A DNA stretch of 64,000 nucleotides from Candidatus Tepidifontimicrobium thermophilum (GCA_031459915.1 JAVKHO010000007.1:32001-96000), one strand, 5' to 3'; positions 1 to 10,059 are shown, counted from the stretch's first letter. Notes: generated by a model not told the origin, from the letters alone. Numbers and translations: made by a program.

Positions 1-1428
1 GGTCTGCTGCCGGCGGGGACCCACGTGCTGGCCGCATGTTCCGGGGGCGCGGATTCCGTCGCCCTGGTGCGCCTGTTGAGCCGGCTGAGCGCACAGGGGC
101 GGTGGAGGCTCAGCGTGGGGCACGTGCACCACGGGCTGCGGACCTCCGCGGACTCGGACGCGGCCCTTGTCGCAGAGCTGGCCCGGCGCCTGCAGCTGCC
201 CTTCTTCCTGCGCCGTCTGGAGGGGCTGGGCGGGGCGAACCTCGAGGCGCGTGCCCGGGCGGCCCGCTACGCGGCTCTGGCGGAGATGGCCCGCGAGGCA
301 GGTGCACAGGCGGTGGCGACGGGGCACACCCTCGACGACCAGGCGGAGACCGTTCTGCTGCGCCTGCTCAGGGGAACCGGGGTGGCCGGGCTGTCGGGCA
401 TCCGGCCCATCCGGCCCCTGGCGCCCGGGATCACCGTGGTCCGTCCCCTCCTGCGGTGCCGGCGGCAGGCCCTGCGGGACTTCCTGAGCCAGGAAGGTGA
501 GGCGTGGAGGGAGGACGAGACCAACGTCGACCCGCGTTACGCCCGCAACCGCGTCCGGACGCGGCTGATGCCGATCCTGGTGGCGGAGAACCCGCGTCTC
601 CCGGAGGCTCTGGCCCACCTGGCGGAGGTGGTGCGGGAGGAGGAGGCGGTGTGGGCGGAGTGGGTCGGCCAGACGTTGCGGCGTATTGCGCGGCCCGCGG
701 AAGGTGGCTGGACGGCGCCGCTGCAGGAGTTCTTGGACCTGCCCGTAGGGCTGCAGCGTCGGGTCCTGCGGGAGCTGGCGGGAAACCTCCCGACGGTTTC
801 CTTCGTTCACGTGGAGGAGGCACGGCGGTTGCTTCGGAGCGGCCGGGCGGGTCAGGAGCTGGTGCTGCCGGGAGGCGCACGGGTGCGGCGGGGGTCGGGT
901 AGCTTCTGGGTGGGCACGCCGGGCGAGGTCAGCAGCCTGCAGCCCGTACCCCTGCCGGTGCCCGGGCGCGCGTGGGTTCCGGACCTGGGCTTGGTGGTGG
1001 AGGCCCGGCTGGGACCCCGGGGCGAGTCCGAGCCCACGGGCCGGTGGGAAGCCGAGCTGGACGAACGGTACGGCACGCAGGACCTGGTGGTGCGCACGCG
1101 CCAGCCCGGCGACCGAATCCGGCTGAGGGTGGGGACCCGCAAGCTGCAGGACCTGCTGGTGGACCTGCGGGTTCCGCGGTGGGAGCGGGACCGTCTCCCC
1201 CTGGTGGCCACCGGCGACGGCGAGGTCCTGTGGGTGGTGGGCTACCGCGTGGCGGACGCGGCGCGTCCCGCGCCCGACGCGGTAGGCTGCCTGCGGTTGA
1301 GGGCGTGGCCCCTGGAGGCAGGGGCTACACTGGAGGCGGGAGCCGCCGATGGTATACTGGGTGAACAACTCCCGGTCGGCCGGGGCGGGCCGGCGCGCGT
1401 GAGGGAAGGGCAGGAGGCGATCCGGTGA
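1..1428 (+). CDS. tilS: tRNA(Ile)-lysidine synthetase (5' end truncated by window)
   Basis: SGGADS PP-loop, [27 protein letters not shown] motifs; frame open from base 1; directly upstream of ftsH. Confidence 0.95.
   Translation, partial: GLLPAGTHVLAACSGGADSVALVRLLSRLSAQGRWRLSVGHVHHGLRTSADSDAALVAELARRLQLPFFLRRLEGLGGANLEARARAARYAALAEMAREAGAQAVATGHTLDDQAETVLLRLLRGTGVAGLSGIRPIRPLAPGITVVRPLLRCRRQALRDFLSQEGEAWREDETNVDPRYARNRVRTRLMPILVAENPRLPEALAHLAEVVREEEAVWAEWVGQTLRRIARPAEGGWTAPLQEFLDLPVGLQRRVLRELAGNLPTVSFVHVEEARRLLRSGRAGQELVLPGGARVRRGSGSFWVGTPGEVSSLQPVPLPVPGRAWVPDLGLVVEARLGPRGESEPTGRWEAELDERYGTQDLVVRTRQPGDRIRLRVGTRKLQDLLVDLRVPRWERDRLPLVATGDGEVLWVVGYRVADAARPAPDAVGCLRLRAWPLEAGATLEAGAADGILGEQLPVGRGGPARVREGQEAIR
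1350..1358 (+). promoter_or_regulatory. extended -10 element (TGgTATACT), probable ftsH promoter
   Basis: TGn+TATACT about 65 nt upstream of the ftsH start, conspicuous in a very GC-rich context. Confidence 0.55.
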
Positions 1429-3344
1429 CCAACCGGTACGTGCGCAGCCTGGTGGTCTGGGCGCTCGTGGTCGCGGTGGTGCTGTTCGTGCTGGTCCCCA
1501 TGTACCGCAGCACCCGCACCGTGCCCCGGTCCATCGACTTCAGTGAGTTCCTCACCCTCGTGGAGCAGGGCCAGGTGGTGGGGAAGGTAGTGTTCAACGA
1601 GGACAACAGCACCATCACCGGGGAGCGCCGGGACGGCCAGCCCTTCCGCACCACGTACTCCAAGGAGGCCACCCTTCAGATCCAGGCGCTGCTGCGCCAG
1701 AAGGGGATCCCCTTCGCCGTGGAGGCTCCCGCGCGGAACTCCCCGTGGCCGAACCTGCTCAGCAGCTTCCTGCCGCTGCTCCTCATCATCGGGCTGTGGT
1801 TCCTGATGATCCGGCAGGCCCAGTCCGGAAGCAACCAGGCCCTCTCCTTCGGCAAGAGCCGGGCCCGCCTGCACCACGAGTCCAAGCCTAAAGTCACCTT
1901 CGACGACGTGGCCGGGGTGGACGAGGCCAAGGAGGAGCTGCAGGAGATCATCGAGTTCCTCAAGCACCCCAAGAAGTTCCAGGCCCTGGGGGCCAAGATC
2001 CCCCGGGGCGTCCTGCTGGTGGGCCCGCCGGGCTCGGGGAAGACGCTGCTGGCCAAGGCCGTGGCCGGGGAGGCCGGGGTGCCCTTCTTCTCCATCTCCG
2101 GCTCCGAGTTCGTGGAGATGTTCGTCGGGGTGGGGGCCTCGCGGGTACGGGACCTCTTCGACCAGGCGAAGAAGAACGCGCCCTGCCTGGTGTTCATCGA
2201 CGAGATCGACGCGGTGGGTCGCCAGCGGGGCGCGGGGCTGGGTGGGGGCCACGACGAGCGGGAGCAGACCCTGAACCAGCTCCTGGTGGAGATGGACGGG
2301 TTCGATCCCAACGCCGGCATCATCGTGATCGCCGCCACCAACCGCCCCGACATCCTGGACCCGGCGCTTTTGCGCCCGGGCCGGTTCGACCGGCGCATCG
2401 TGGTGGACAACCCCGACACCAAGGGCCGCAGGGCCATCCTGGAGGTGCACCTGCGGGGCAAGCCGCTGGCGGAGGACGTGAACGTGGACGTGCTGGCCAA
2501 GCGGACCCCGGGGTTCTCGGGCGCTGACCTGGCGAACCTCGTGAACGAGGCGGCCCTGCTGGCCGCGCGCCGGAACAAGCGCCGCATCACCATGGCGGAG
2601 TTCGACGAGGCCATCGAGCGGGTCATCGCGGGACCCCAGCGCCGCAGCCGGGTCCTGTCGCAGCGGGAGCGGGAGCTGGTGGCGTTCCACGAAGCCGGAC
2701 ACGCCCTGCTGCGGAAGCTCCTGCCCCACGCGGACCCGCCCCACAAGGTGACCATCGTTTCGCGGGGCATGGCGCTGGGCTACGTGATGGGGATGCCCCC
2801 CGAGGACCGGTACACCCGGACCCGGGCCGAGCTGCTGGACGAGATCACCGTGGCCATGGGCGGCCGGGTGGCGGAGGAGATCGTGTTCGGGGAGGTCACC
2901 ACGGGCGCGGAGAACGACTTCGAGCAGGCCACGGACATGGCGCGCAAGATGGTCACCGACTTCGGGATGTCGGAGAAGCTGGGACCCATGTCCTTAGGCA
3001 AGCGGCACGGGCCCGTGTTCCTAGGAAGGGACCTGGTGGAGAGCCGGAACTACAGCGAGGAGGTCGCGTACGAGATCGACAAGGAGGTCCGGCGGATCAT
3101 CGACGAGTGCTACGGCCGGGCCCGGCAGATCCTGGAGGCGAACCGAGACAAGCTCGAGGTGATCGCCCGGGCACTGCTGGAGAAGGAGTCCCTGGACGCG
3201 GAGGAACTCGAGCGGCTGCTGGCCGGCCAGCCCCTCGACGCGGACTCGCCCACGCCGGGCGCCCTGGAGGTGCAGGCTCCACCGCGGACCGTCCCCGCTC
3301 CGCCCGTGGTCCCCTCCCTGCGCCCCAAGCCGGAGGCCAGTTAA
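1425..3344 (+). CDS. ftsH: ATP-dependent zinc metalloprotease FtsH
   Basis: Two TM segments, Walker [34 protein letters not shown] zinc motif. Confidence 0.98.
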   Translation: MTNRYVRSLVVWALVVAVVLFVLVPMYRSTRTVPRSIDFSEFLTLVEQGQVVGKVVFNEDNSTITGERRDGQPFRTTYSKEATLQIQALLRQKGIPFAVEAPARNSPWPNLLSSFLPLLLIIGLWFLMIRQAQSGSNQALSFGKSRARLHHESKPKVTFDDVAGVDEAKEELQEIIEFLKHPKKFQALGAKIPRGVLLVGPPGSGKTLLAKAVAGEAGVPFFSISGSEFVEMFVGVGASRVRDLFDQAKKNAPCLVFIDEIDAVGRQRGAGLGGGHDEREQTLNQLLVEMDGFDPNAGIIVIAATNRPDILDPALLRPGRFDRRIVVDNPDTKGRRAILEVHLRGKPLAEDVNVDVLAKRTPGFSGADLANLVNEAALLAARRNKRRITMAEFDEAIERVIAGPQRRSRVLSQRERELVAFHEAGHALLRKLLPHADPPHKVTIVSRGMALGYVMGMPPEDRYTRTRAELLDEITVAMGGRVAEEIVFGEVTTGAENDFEQATDMARKMVTDFGMSEKLGPMSLGKRHGPVFLGRDLVESRNYSEEVAYEIDKEVRRIIDECYGRARQILEANRDKLEVIARALLEKESLDAEELERLLAGQPLDADSPTPGALEVQAPPRTVPAPPVVPSLRPKPEAS

Positions 3345-3402
3345 GTTCACGGGATCCGCAGCCGCCGAGCTTGGGTGGGCGCCCCCGCCCGGGCGGGCCT
3401 GC

Positions 3403-3978
3403 TCAGGCGGGGGAAGCGGCCAGCACTTCCTCGCCCTTGACCACCCGGACGCCCGCCTGCTCCCACTCCTTGCGCCGCTCGGGCACCTGCTCGGGGTACA
3501 CGGGCCTCGCCGCGTCCTCCACCACCGCGGTGCGGAACCCCGCGCGGGCCGCGTCCAGGGCCGTGGCGTGCACGCAGTAGTCGGTCGCGAGCCCACACAC
3601 GTACACCTCCTCGACCCCGAGGCCCCGCAGCAGGTCCGCCAGGCCCGTCCCCTGGAACCCGGAGTACGCCTCCTGGTCGGGCCGGTACGCCTTCCGGACG
3701 ATGTGGGTGATGGGCTCCCGCCGCAGCTGCGGGTGCAGATCCGCTCCCGGTGTGCCTTGGACGCAGTGAGGCGGCCAAGGGCCTCCGCGGTCCCGGAAGG
3801 ACACGTGGTCCTGCGGGTGCCAGTCCTGCGTGGCCACCACAGGACGGCCCGCGCGCGCAAACGCCTGGGCCAGGGCGTTCACCAGGGGCACGATCCGGTC
3901 TCCCTCCGGCACCGCCAGCGCCCCGCCCGGGCAGAAGTCGTTCTGGAGATCCACCACGATGAGGGCGGCGCGTTCCAC
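3403..3978 (-). CDS. pncA: nicotinamidase/pyrazinamidase (isochorismatase family)
   Basis: VVDLQNDFCPGGAL, DWHP, WPPHCVQGT, GLATDYCV motifs; GTG at 3978 with upstream GGAGG. Confidence 0.92.
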   Translation of the reverse strand: MERAALIVVDLQNDFCPGGALAVPEGDRIVPLVNALAQAFARAGRPVVATQDWHPQDHVSFRDRGGPWPPHCVQGTPGADLHPQLRREPITHIVRKAYRPDQEAYSGFQGTGLADLLRGLGVEEVYVCGLATDYCVHATALDAARAGFRTAVVEDAARPVYPEQVPERRKEWEQAGVRVVKGEEVLAASPA

Positions 3979-4029
3979 CGCGCACCACCTCCCTCCCGTC
4001 TGCCACGCCTCGCGCCTAGAGCTCGCGCC

Positions 4030-4040
4030 TATAGTATACT
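4030..4040. promoter_or_regulatory. overlapping divergent -10 boxes (TATAGT/TATACT on +, TATACT on -)
   Basis: tatagtatact lies between divergent pncA and the 4073 gene. Confidence 0.55.
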
Positions 4041-4072
4041 TCGGTCCGAATCCGACGCCGTGGCGGGGGGAA

Positions 4073-4537
4073 GTGTTGGCGAAGCGCAACCTGAAGGAAG
4101 ACCTGCGACGGCCGGTACTGGTGTACGTGAGCGTGGTGGCCGTGCTGGCCGTCGTCCTGGGCGTGCTGCAGGCCCGGTACGAGGCGGCCCGGCGTCCCCC
4201 CAGCGCGGAGGCGGTGATCCGCAACCTCACCGAGAGCTTCGTGGGTGAGGGCACCGTGCGGTCGGTGCGCCTGCACGGCGGCGTGGCGGAGCTGGAGGTG
4301 GCCATGGACGGGGTCCGGGCCCTGCCCCAGGTCCGTGCGGAGTGGCCGCAGTTCTTCCGCGACGCCACCGACGTGGCCGCGGACCGGCTCTTCAGCCCCC
4401 CGGCACAGATCACGACCCCGGCCCTGGGCGGCCTGGAACAGGTGTCCATCCGCTACACCCTGCAGGGTAAGGAGGTGGCCCGGGGCTCCAAACGGAGGGG
4501 GGACCGCACCGCCACGGTCACCCTCGCTCGGCCGTGA
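4073..4537 (+). CDS. hypothetical membrane-anchored protein
   Basis: N-terminal TM segment (VLVYVSVVAVLAVVLGVL), GC3-biased codons. Confidence 0.7.
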   Translation: MLAKRNLKEDLRRPVLVYVSVVAVLAVVLGVLQARYEAARRPPSAEAVIRNLTESFVGEGTVRSVRLHGGVAELEVAMDGVRALPQVRAEWPQFFRDATDVAADRLFSPPAQITTPALGGLEQVSIRYTLQGKEVARGSKRRGDRTATVTLARP

Positions 4538-4547
4538 GGAGGGGGAT

Positions 4548-4895
4548 GTGTACGCGCTGAACTTCTACTCCAGCGTGTTCGCAGAACAGCTCCGGCAGGG
4601 GCGCAAGACCGCCACCATCCGCCTGGGCGACAAACGGGACAAGTACCGCGAGGGGCAGATCGTGTGGGTCACCGTAGGCCGCCGGTTCGGAGAGCGGCAG
4701 AAGATCTTCTGCGCGGTCATCGACCGAACGGAGTACAAACAGGTGAAAGACCTCACCCCGCGGGAGATCGAGCGGGACCACCCGGAGCTGCGGCGTCACG
4801 AGGACCTGCTGGAGTTCCTGTCGTCCATCTACGGACGGCCCGTGACCCTGGAGGACTGGGTCACGGTGGTACACTTCTCACCGGTTCGGGAGTGA
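4548..4895 (+). CDS. ASCH/PUA-like domain protein
   Basis: GRKTATIR motif (GxKxxTxR); GTG at 4548 after GAGGAGG. Confidence 0.8.
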   Translation: MYALNFYSSVFAEQLRQGRKTATIRLGDKRDKYREGQIVWVTVGRRFGERQKIFCAVIDRTEYKQVKDLTPREIERDHPELRRHEDLLEFLSSIYGRPVTLEDWVTVVHFSPVRE

Positions 4896-5472
4896 CGGGT
4901 TCGATGGGGCGGCCTTCCGGCGGGAGGAGGAACTGCGGAGGGACCGCATCAACGAGGTACACGTCCCCGCTGGCGCGGTAGAAAGCCACCCCGGCCTCGT
5001 GGGCGCGGCGGGCCAGGACCGTCAGGACCACCGGTCGGGGGCTGTGCCGCAGCCCCACCTCCCTGGCTTGCAGGGGGGTGAGGGAGAGGTGCACGAAGCG
5101 GCGCGTACCGGGCCGCAGGCCCTCCGACAGGATGACGGCCACCCGCTCGGGGGCGGTGCCGTGGTACAGCCACTCGGGCGGACGTTGCGGCGCGCCCTCG
5201 GGCTGCACCGGGACGCTGTGTCCGTACAGGGCCCGTATGCGCCCGTCCCGCAGCTCGAACCGGCGGCGCCCCGGCAGCTGCACCACCGCTTCCAGGTCCG
5301 CCGGGGTGGCGTCCTCCCAGCCCCGCTGGCGCCGGACCGCCTCCAGGAGCGCTTCCACCGGGGCCCAGCCGTGCGGGTCCAGGGAAATCCCGAACTCCTC
5401 CGGCTTGTGCCGGAGGATCAGGGACAGCAGCCGGCTCAGGCGCTCGGCACGGGGTCGGTCGACGGCGGCCAT
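4861..5472 (-). CDS. kptA: RNA 2'-phosphotransferase (Tpt1/KptA)
   Basis: LSLILRH, RIRALYGHS, LYHGT, VHLS motifs; ATG at 5472 with AAGGAGG. Confidence 0.92.
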   Translation of the reverse strand: MAAVDRPRAERLSRLLSLILRHKPEEFGISLDPHGWAPVEALLEAVRRQRGWEDATPADLEAVVQLPGRRRFELRDGRIRALYGHSVPVQPEGAPQRPPEWLYHGTAPERVAVILSEGLRPGTRRFVHLSLTPLQAREVGLRHSPRPVVLTVLARRAHEAGVAFYRASGDVYLVDAVPPQFLLPPEGRPIEPVTPEPVRSVPP

Positions 5473-5507
5473 GGCCTCCTTTCCCAGCGTATGATACACG
5501 CGGCGGG

Positions 5508-6413
5508 GTGACGGTGGTGGGCAGGCCGCTGGTGGAGTGCGTTCCGAACGTCAGCGAGGGGCGGCGTTTGGAGGTGATCGAGGAGCTGGCCGAGGCGGTG
5601 CGGTCGACTCCGCACGTGCGGCTGCTGGACTACTCGTGGGACGGGGCCCACCACCGGTCCGTGTTCACCTTCGTGGGGCCGCCCCAGCCGGTGCTGGACG
5701 CGGCCCTGGCGCTGGCCGCGGTGGCCGTCCGGCGGATCGACCTGCGCAGCCACCAGGGGCTGCACCCGCGGATCGGCGCGGTGGACGTGGTGCCCTTCGT
5801 CCCCCTGCGGGGCGTGACCCTGGAGGACTGCGTAGAGCTGAGCCGCGCCTTCGCGAGGGCCTTGTGGGAGCGTCACCGTGTTCCCGTGTACTTCTACGCG
5901 CATTCCGCCGTCCGTCCGGAGCGCCGGTGGTTGCCGAACATCCGGCGCGGGGGATTCGAGGGCCTGCAGTCCACCATCACGGAGCCCGACCGGCACCCGG
6001 ACGTGGGCGAGCCCGCGCTGCACCCCACCGCGGGCGCTACGGCCACCGGCGCGCGGGGGTTGCTGATCGCGTGGAACTTCACCCTGGCCACCGAGGACGT
6101 GCAGGTCGCCCGGACGGTGGCGCGGCGGGTCCGCCAATCCTCGGGAGGGCTGCCGGGGATCCAGGCGGCCGGGTGGGCGCTGCCTCAGGGCGGGGTACAG
6201 GTCTCCGTGAACGTCCTGGACTACCGCACCACACCGCTGCACGTGCTGTACGAGGCGGTCTGCCGGGAGGCCGCGCGGCTCGGCGTGGAGGTCGCCTCCA
6301 CGGAGTTCGTGGGGCTGGTGCCCGCGGAGGCCTTGGCCCAGGTGGCGGCGTGGGCCCTGCGCTCGGCCAACCTGGACGTCCTCCGCGTACTGGAAGCGAG
6401 GCTGGTGGAGTGA
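5508..6413 (+). CDS. ftcD: glutamate formimidoyltransferase
   Basis: ECVPNVSEGRR, HHRSVFT, HPRIGAVDVVPFVP, HPTAGAT motifs. Confidence 0.92.
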   Translation: MTVVGRPLVECVPNVSEGRRLEVIEELAEAVRSTPHVRLLDYSWDGAHHRSVFTFVGPPQPVLDAALALAAVAVRRIDLRSHQGLHPRIGAVDVVPFVPLRGVTLEDCVELSRAFARALWERHRVPVYFYAHSAVRPERRWLPNIRRGGFEGLQSTITEPDRHPDVGEPALHPTAGATATGARGLLIAWNFTLATEDVQVARTVARRVRQSSGGLPGIQAAGWALPQGGVQVSVNVLDYRTTPLHVLYEAVCREAARLGVEVASTEFVGLVPAEALAQVAAWALRSANLDVLRVLEARLVE

Positions 6414-7279
6414 CCGCACAGCAGCTGCGCTGCGGCCGCCGTGCCCTGCGGTTCGGGCACCGGACCCTGGTGATGGGCGTCGTCAACGTGACCCCGGACT
6501 CCTTCAGCGGCGACGGGTTGCTCACCGGGCCGGGGTGGCTGGAGAGGGTGGTGCAGGTGGGCCGGCGGATGGTGGAGGACGGCGCGGACCTGCTGGACGT
6601 GGGCGGGGAGTCCAGCCGGCCCGGTGCCGCGCCCGTGCCCTTGGAGGAGGAGCTGCGGCGGGTGGTGCCGGCGGTGGAGGCGCTGCGGCGGGTGGTGGAC
6701 GTCCCCATCTCCGTGGACACCACCAAGGCGGAGGTGGCACGCCAGGCCCTGCGGGCGGGCGCGGACATGGTGAACGACATCAGCGCCCTCCGGCACGACC
6801 CGGACATGGTCCGGGTCGTAGCGGACTCGGGCTGCGGCGTGGTGTTGATGCACATGAAGGGCACGCCCCAGGACATGCAGCGGGACCCGCGGTACGAGGA
6901 CGTGGTGGCGGAGGTGCGCGACTTCTTGGCGGAGCGGGTGGAGTGGGCGGAACGGCACGGGATCCCCCGCGACCGCATCCTCGTGGACCCCGGCTTCGGG
7001 TTCGGCAAGCGCCCGGAGCACAACCTGGAGCTGGTGAGGAACCTGAGGGCCTTCCGGGAGCTGGGCTGCCCGGTGCTCCTGGGGCCGTCCCGGAAGAGCA
7101 CCATCGGTGTGATCCTGGGCGGGCTGCCGCCCGCGGAACGCGTGGAGGGCACTGCGGCGGTGGTCGCCCTGGCGGTGGCGTGCGGCGTGGACGTGGTGCG
7201 GGTGCACGACGTGCGGGCCATGGCGCGGGTGGTGCGGGTGGCAGACGCGGTGGTGCGGGGCTGGGCACCGGATCGCTAG
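6410..7279 (+). CDS. folP: dihydropteroate synthase
   Basis: VNVTPDSFS, DVGGESSRPG, DPGFGFGK, SRKS, RVHDV; GTGA overlap with ftcD. Confidence 0.96.
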   Translation: MTAQQLRCGRRALRFGHRTLVMGVVNVTPDSFSGDGLLTGPGWLERVVQVGRRMVEDGADLLDVGGESSRPGAAPVPLEEELRRVVPAVEALRRVVDVPISVDTTKAEVARQALRAGADMVNDISALRHDPDMVRVVADSGCGVVLMHMKGTPQDMQRDPRYEDVVAEVRDFLAERVEWAERHGIPRDRILVDPGFGFGKRPEHNLELVRNLRAFRELGCPVLLGPSRKSTIGVILGGLPPAERVEGTAAVVALAVACGVDVVRVHDVRAMARVVRVADAVVRGWAPDR

Positions 7280-7312
7280 CGCGCAATCTCCCGTGTGGCC
7301 CGGGAGGCGGCG

Positions 7313-7696
7313 GTGGATCGCATCGTGCTGAAGGACATGGCTTTTTACGGCTACCACGGGGTTCTCCCCGAGGAGCGGCAGCGGGGCCAGGTGTTCTTCG
7401 TGGACGCAGAGGTGGAGTGCGACCTGCACCCTGCCGGCCACAGTGACGACCTCGCGGACACCCTGGACTACCGGGAGATCTACCGGCGGGTCCAGGCGGT
7501 GCTGCTGGGGCCGCCCAAGGCGCTGCTGGAGGCGGTGGCGGAGGAAGTGGCGCACCGGCTCCTGGAGCTGGACCGGGTGGAGGCCGTCTGCGTGGAGGTC
7601 CGCAAGCCCCACGTGGAGCTGGGAGGGCCGGTGGGATTCGCGGCGGTGCGGGTAAAGCGGCGGCGGCGTCCTCGGGTGGGCCCGTCCGCGGTGTGA
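7313..7696 (+). CDS. folB: dihydroneopterin aldolase
   Basis: FYGYHGVLPEE..GQ, DDLADTLDY, LLEAVAE, KP motifs; GGAGG before GTG 7313. Confidence 0.94.
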   Translation: MDRIVLKDMAFYGYHGVLPEERQRGQVFFVDAEVECDLHPAGHSDDLADTLDYREIYRRVQAVLLGPPKALLEAVAEEVAHRLLELDRVEAVCVEVRKPHVELGGPVGFAAVRVKRRRRPRVGPSAV

Positions 7697-8178
7697 GGCG
7701 CGTGGAAGAGCGGGTGTTCCTCTCACTGGGGTCCAACCTGGGGGAGCGGGAGGCTAACCTGCTCGCGGCCCTTCGCCTGTTGGACGCGGAGGGCGTGCGG
7801 TTGGTGCGCCAGTCCTCCTGGTATGAGACCGAACCCGTCGGCTTCACGGAACAGCCGCCGTTCCTGAACCTCGTGGTGGAAGTCCGCACCGCCCTGGACC
7901 CGCTCGGGCTGCTGCGGTGCGCGCAGCGGGTCGAGGCGGCTTTGGGCAGGGTGCGCGAGGTCCGCTGGGGGCCGCGAACGGTGGACGTGGACCTGGTCCT
8001 GTACGGCCAGCGGGTGGTCCGGACCCCAGAGCTCGTCGTGCCGCACCCCCGCATGCGGGAGCGCGCGTTCGTCCTCGTGCCGCTGTGCGAGATCGCGCCG
8101 GACCTGGTGCTGCCTGACGGGACCCCGGTGGTTGCCCTGTTGCCCGCGGTGGCGGATCAGCGGGTCCAGCGGCGGTGA
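7693..8178 (+). CDS. folK: 2-amino-4-hydroxy-6-hydroxymethyldihydropteridine diphosphokinase
   Basis: LSLGSNLG, RWGPRTVDVD, PHPRMRERAFV. Confidence 0.95.
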   Translation: MRRVEERVFLSLGSNLGEREANLLAALRLLDAEGVRLVRQSSWYETEPVGFTEQPPFLNLVVEVRTALDPLGLLRCAQRVEAALGRVREVRWGPRTVDVDLVLYGQRVVRTPELVVPHPRMRERAFVLVPLCEIAPDLVLPDGTPVVALLPAVADQRVQRR

Positions 8179-8939
8179 GGGAAGGGCCGGTGGAGCTGGA
8201 GCACGTGCAGCGCAACCTCGGCACGCGCTACGTGGGCCGCCGTGTCCATTGGTTCGAGCAGGTGACGTCCACCAACGACGTGGCCCGCAGCCTCGCGGAG
8301 CAGGGGGCCCCGGAGGGGACGGTGGTGCTGGCCCGCACCCAGACGGAGGGCCGGGGAAGGCTCGGAAGGCGCTGGGTCTCCCCGCCGGGCGGCCTGTGGC
8401 TTTCGGTGGTGCTCCGCCCGCTGGCGGCGCCGCACGAGCTGCCGCGCCTCGCGCTGGCGGTAGGGGTAGCGTGCAGCCGCGCCGCGGAGCGCGCCTGCGG
8501 GCTCTCCTTGGGCCTGCGGTGGCCCAACGACCTGGTGGTGGAGGGCAGGAAGGTGGGCGGCATCCTCGTGGAGTCCGGGCCTGAGGTGCGGTGGGTGGTG
8601 GTAGGGGTGGGGATCAACGTGGCCGTGGCTGCAGACCAGCTGCCAGAGGGAGCCACGTCCCTGCAGGAGACCGTCCGAGGGCCGGTGGACCGCGCCGCGC
8701 TACTTCAGGCTCTGCTGTCTGAACTGGAGATCGCCTACGAGCTGTTCCGCGGCGGTGACTGGGCTACCCTCCTGGACTGGTGGCGCCGTAGGTCCACCAC
8801 CCTGGGCCGGCGCGTCCGCGTGTACCTGCCGTCGGGGGTCTACGAGGGCGTGGCGGAGGATGTGGACGAGGACGGCGCGCTGGTCCTGCGGCTTCCGGAC
8901 GGCCGGCGCAAGCGGATCGTGGCAGGGGAGGTGGGCTGA
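8175..8939 (+). CDS. birA: biotin--protein ligase (no N-terminal HTH)
   Basis: STND, QTEGRGRLGRRW, RWPND, KVGGIL, GVGIN. Confidence 0.93.
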   Translation: MREGPVELEHVQRNLGTRYVGRRVHWFEQVTSTNDVARSLAEQGAPEGTVVLARTQTEGRGRLGRRWVSPPGGLWLSVVLRPLAAPHELPRLALAVGVACSRAAERACGLSLGLRWPNDLVVEGRKVGGILVESGPEVRWVVVGVGINVAVAADQLPEGATSLQETVRGPVDRAALLQALLSELEIAYELFRGGDWATLLDWWRRRSTTLGRRVRVYLPSGVYEGVAEDVDEDGALVLRLPDGRRKRIVAGEVG

Positions 8940-8953
8940 AGGGAGGGAAGACG

Positions 8954-9940
8954 ATGTCGGGCATCACTGACGTGGAAGGAGTGGCAGTCGGCCACGCCAC
9001 CCACCGCGAGGCCGCTACGGGCTGCACCGTGGTCCTGTGCGAGGCCGGGGCCACTGCGGGCGTGGAGGTTCGGGGCAGCGCTCCGGGGACCCGCGAGACG
9101 GACCTGTTGCACCCGTTGAACCGGGTCCACCAGGTACACGGCGTCCTCCTGACGGGCGGCAGTGCCTTCGGCCTGGCAGCCGCGGACGGCGTGATGCGGT
9201 ACCTGGAGGAGCGGGGAGCGGGCTACGACGTGGTGGTGGCGAAGGTCCCCATCGTGCCCGCGGCGGTGATCTTCGACCTGTGGCTGGGCCGCCCCGACGT
9301 GCGGCCGGACGCCGCTATGGGCTACGCCGCCTGCCAGCTGGCCTCCAGCGGTCCCGTGGAGGAGGGCAGCGTAGGGGCCGGCACTGGTGCCACCGTGGGC
9401 AAGCTCCTGGGCCCCGCGGGGGCCATGAAGGGCGGGGTGGGCACGTGGAGCGCGGTCCTCCCCGGTGGTCGGGTGGTGGCGGCGCTCGTGGTGGTGAACG
9501 CCGTGGGCGACGTGCTGGCGCCAGACGGTTCGGTGCTGGCCGGCACGCGGGACCCGGCCACGGGAGAGCTGGTAGGCTCGGCAGCGTTGCTGCAGAGCGG
9601 CTACGTCCCGCCTCGGATGCTGGGGCAGAGCACGGTGATCGGGGTGGTGGCCACCAACGTGGCGCTTTCCAAAGTGGAGTGCAACCGGCTGGCGCGGGTG
9701 GCCCACCACGGGCTCGCCCAGGCCGTGTCCCCATCCCACACCACCCTGGATGGCGACACCTTCTTCGCCCTCAGTACGGGTCAGGTGGAGGGAGCCTACG
9801 ACGTGGTGGCGGCTGCAGTCCCGGGGGTGGTGGCGGAGGCGATCCGGCGGGCGGTGCGCACGGCCCGGGGCCTGCACGGCATCCCCGGCCTGGCGGACTC
9901 CGCGGGAACCGGGGGGGGCGAAGCATCGGGCTTGCGGTAA
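8954..9940 (+). CDS. P1/S58 (DmpA-like) peptidase
   Basis: ITDVEGVAVGH, GSAPGTRETD, GGSAFGL, HTTLDGDTFF. Confidence 0.88.
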   Translation: MSGITDVEGVAVGHATHREAATGCTVVLCEAGATAGVEVRGSAPGTRETDLLHPLNRVHQVHGVLLTGGSAFGLAAADGVMRYLEERGAGYDVVVAKVPIVPAAVIFDLWLGRPDVRPDAAMGYAACQLASSGPVEEGSVGAGTGATVGKLLGPAGAMKGGVGTWSAVLPGGRVVAALVVVNAVGDVLAPDGSVLAGTRDPATGELVGSAALLQSGYVPPRMLGQSTVIGVVATNVALSKVECNRLARVAHHGLAQAVSPSHTTLDGDTFFALSTGQVEGAYDVVAAAVPGVVAEAIRRAVRTARGLHGIPGLADSAGTGGGEASGLR

Positions 9941-9966
9941 GCCCGCGGGGCAGTTAGGCTGTTGGC

Positions 9967-10050
9967 GGGCCGGCATCCGACAGGAGCCGGACCCCGGCGA
10001 ACCGACTGCGTCTCGGTCCGTCCGGTACTGGACAAACCAGACTGGAACGG
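9967..10050 (+). ncRNA. pan-motif-like cis-regulatory RNA (tandem hairpins, each with two bulged A)
   Basis: Hairpin 9967-9994 GGG-CCGGC-A-UCC-gaca-GGA-GCCGG-A-CCC; hairpin 10018-10050 CCG-UCCGGU-A-CUGG-acaaa-CCAG-ACUGGA-A-CGG overlapping the SD; upstream of the pantothenate-type S-component and coaX. Confidence 0.7.
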
Positions 10051-10059
10051 AGGTGCAGG

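Noticed and set aside
1242..2744. Long antisense and alternative-frame ORFs (also 14391-16364, 22999-25368, 55092-57089, 57478-59454 and many others)
   Set aside because: Shadow ORFs expected from stop-codon scarcity at very high GC; they overlap well-supported genes and carry no recognisable motifs.
3979..4449. N-terminal extension of the 348-aa pncA ORF
   Set aside because: It overlaps the divergent 4073 gene and promoter; homology and the RBS point to a start at 3978.
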